Source of the DNA: Moniliella sp. 'wahieum'
Taxonomy: Eukaryota
Assembly: GCA_003971905.1 (NCBI GenBank)
Contig: RSEE01000013.1
Span: 186,001-250,000 of the forward strand
DNA length: 64,000 nucleotides
Direction: 5' to 3'
Shown: positions 61,834 through 64,000 of the stretch, piece by piece
Layout of the letters: every line of letters begins with the position of its first letter
Position numbering within the stretch: position 1 is the stretch's first letter
The notes under the pieces: model-generated
What the model was told of the DNA's origin: nothing
What the model saw: only the letters and a program-made list of their open reading frames with translations
The model's database searches: none
Program-made: the position numbers and the translations under genes

Positions 61834-64000
61834 TGACTAGTAGAGCTAGTAGCTGCTCGTTGCCGCGCTACCAGTTACTAGCTTTACTAACGCGCGCGTA
61901 CTAACGATGGACCATGATCGATCGCTGATCGACGATCGTCCGCCGCGGTTGTGTTTCCCAGCGGTTGGCGGCCTTCGGTGGCCTCCTTCAGCAAGATTAC
62001 ATGTGACAGGGAGCTCCTCGCCTCAGCGCTCAGCGCCTCAGCTTCAAGCTCCAAGCTTCAAGCTTCAAGCCCAGTGTTTGATGCTTAGTTTTGCTGCGTT
62101 GGCATGTCGCCCTCTGTCCTGCTTTGCACACCGCCGACGATGAATGGATCGGCATTGCGAGGTTCACGCGCCGCTGCTACATCATGCATCATCCATCGTC
62201 TATCTGATCCCAGAGCGTCCTTGGCCGCATGGGTGGCAGGCGCGCGGTGTGTGCGGTGGGTGTGCCAGCGCCGACCCCCCCAGCACGGCTCCAGTCTCAC
62301 CTGTCGCATCTAGTTGGCAGTCCTATCTTGGGCGGGGATCGTCGTCCGTGTCGCCTCGCCTCCGGCACGAGTGGCCTGCCGCTGCGAGCGCCGCGGATTG
62401 GATCGCACATTTTAGAGCTGCGAGCAAGCAGCTGCACTGCCGCTCCGCCACGCACGGCAGCACTCTCCACCCCTGGCCCCCTCGGGTTGGCGCGAAGCCG
62501 ACGATGGGTGATGCATGATGCCTACATGATCGATGATCGCCATCCAGCAGCGCTTAGCGCTTCGCTTCTTAGTATTTGCGCGTATTCGCGCGGGAATTGC
62601 CGGCCGAAAAGGCCATGCCATTCGGGGGGGCATGCACGTGACAACCAACACGTACGACATACCCGTCGTTACGCATTCTCAGTATTCAGTTGTGCGTTAC
62701 GAGGCCCTCACGGGACCTACACCCTTCTCTGTTGGTCCGCCCCAGCAGGTCCCAGCCTATCTTCGTGCTGGCAGCGACGATCCTCGATCCACGGCCATCT
62801 TTCCCCTCTTGTCCACCGTTCCATATATAGTCCACCATCCCATCGCCCACGCTCCCCACCGTTCCAGCATGCAGCATAGGTTAACATTCCATCATATTCA
62901 GTGTGGCGTAGCACGCCGTTCCGTTGTCATTACAGTAGCAGGAAAGCATGGCAGTCAGTAGCAGGAAAGCGGGGACGATGTATCACCCACAGAGGTTCAG
63001 GTGGCCGAAAAGATATACACAGCGTCAGGGCGCATTCTGTACCTGTTATCACGGACGGGCGCAGGCAGAGGGCCCGCCCCCGGAGGGTTTAGGCGTATAA
63101 CCCCTTGGAGGTCCTAAGGTCGACTCATGATAGTTACGCGCTTGGTTTCATTGGTGGGTCCGAGGGGGCTAGGGACAAGGAGAGGCCTCTATGCGTATAG
63201 CAGAGGCGGCTACAGGTGTGGCAAGGCTGCGTAGCTCCGGCTTGGACGGCAGTAGCGTGTCTGAAGCCTTCAGGCTCAGGGACGGGGAGGAAGCAGCGGA
63301 CGGCCTACGCTGCTGGACTGAAGCGGGACTGGGACTGGGGGCGGCATGGCTGATGTAGGCGGGATCACACGCGGCTGAACTGAACTGGACTTGGACTGGG
63401 GAACAAAGACTTGAAGACGGGAGCTGGAGGAAGAACTAAGAGGAGGAGTTGCCTGTACTGATCTGAGATGAGATCAGATCGAAGCTGACCGGCCTGACTC
63501 CATGACCAACCTGGTGACGGGGCTAGCAAGGTGAAGGGCGCGCGTAGGCTCCATGACGTTTGTTATGTGATACGACGGAGAGCTAGGTCCGGCTTATCGA
63601 TCGATAGCAGACCCCTGAGGACCTGACTCTTGGTTACTGCTCCGTCTGGAAACCCCGCCGAGTGATCCTTCTTGACCAGGATGGGCCACCGTATCAGCCA
63701 TGCTTCCGTTAACCACATGACTACTGTCCACCAGCGTTGATCGTTAACTGTAGACACTACAGCCACTGTTCCACCCGTCGTGGGATGCTACCGCACAGCC
63801 ACTGTTTCCATCGTCCATGCCATGGCATGGGGGGCAACGCGGTGACGGCCAAGTTACATTTACGGGGCGCTCCGGTTATCTACGGACTCAAAGAGCCGCA
63901 TGTCGTACTCTAGACATCTCATCCAAACACGCCTCAGTGTCCGGTTAGACTGGCGAGAGAGATCCAGTGGACGCGTGTTATCCATGCTGCGGATATCATC

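Noticed and set aside
63560..64000. TGTTATG-starting segment, possible LTR at the window end
   Set aside because: No second terminus, TSD or coding evidence within the window.

Overview
GC-rich fungal genomic DNA, most likely a basidiomycete (short GT..AG introns, MP88-type mannoprotein, PFOR-fused sulfite reductase). Nearly every long gene, including conserved housekeeping genes, carries several single-base indels. This points to an unpolished long-read assembly rather than mass pseudogenisation, so gene coordinates are approximate. Recognisable genes: an RS-rich protein, a Dal5-like MFS permease, an orphan secreted protein, Bem1/Scd2, an Ecl1-like protein, MET5, REV3, an Ape2-like M1 aminopeptidase, SKP1, a Gin4/Hsl1-like kinase, a PWI/SRm160 protein, a bacterial-type YncA/Pat GNAT and an MP88-like secreted protein. 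There are two intron-containing tRNA genes (Ile-UAU, Arg-ACG). A ~10 kb island (14.2-24.4 kb) holds nested solo LTRs, two decayed Ty1/copia remnants and one young full-length copia element (19314-24357, TSD TCTGC). In that element gag and pol are in frame but separated by one UAG followed by a candidate pseudoknot (probable stop-codon readthrough). It also has a non-canonical primer-binding site resembling the anticodon arm of tRNA-Tyr. Intergenic DNA repeatedly contains mosaics of short palindromic words.
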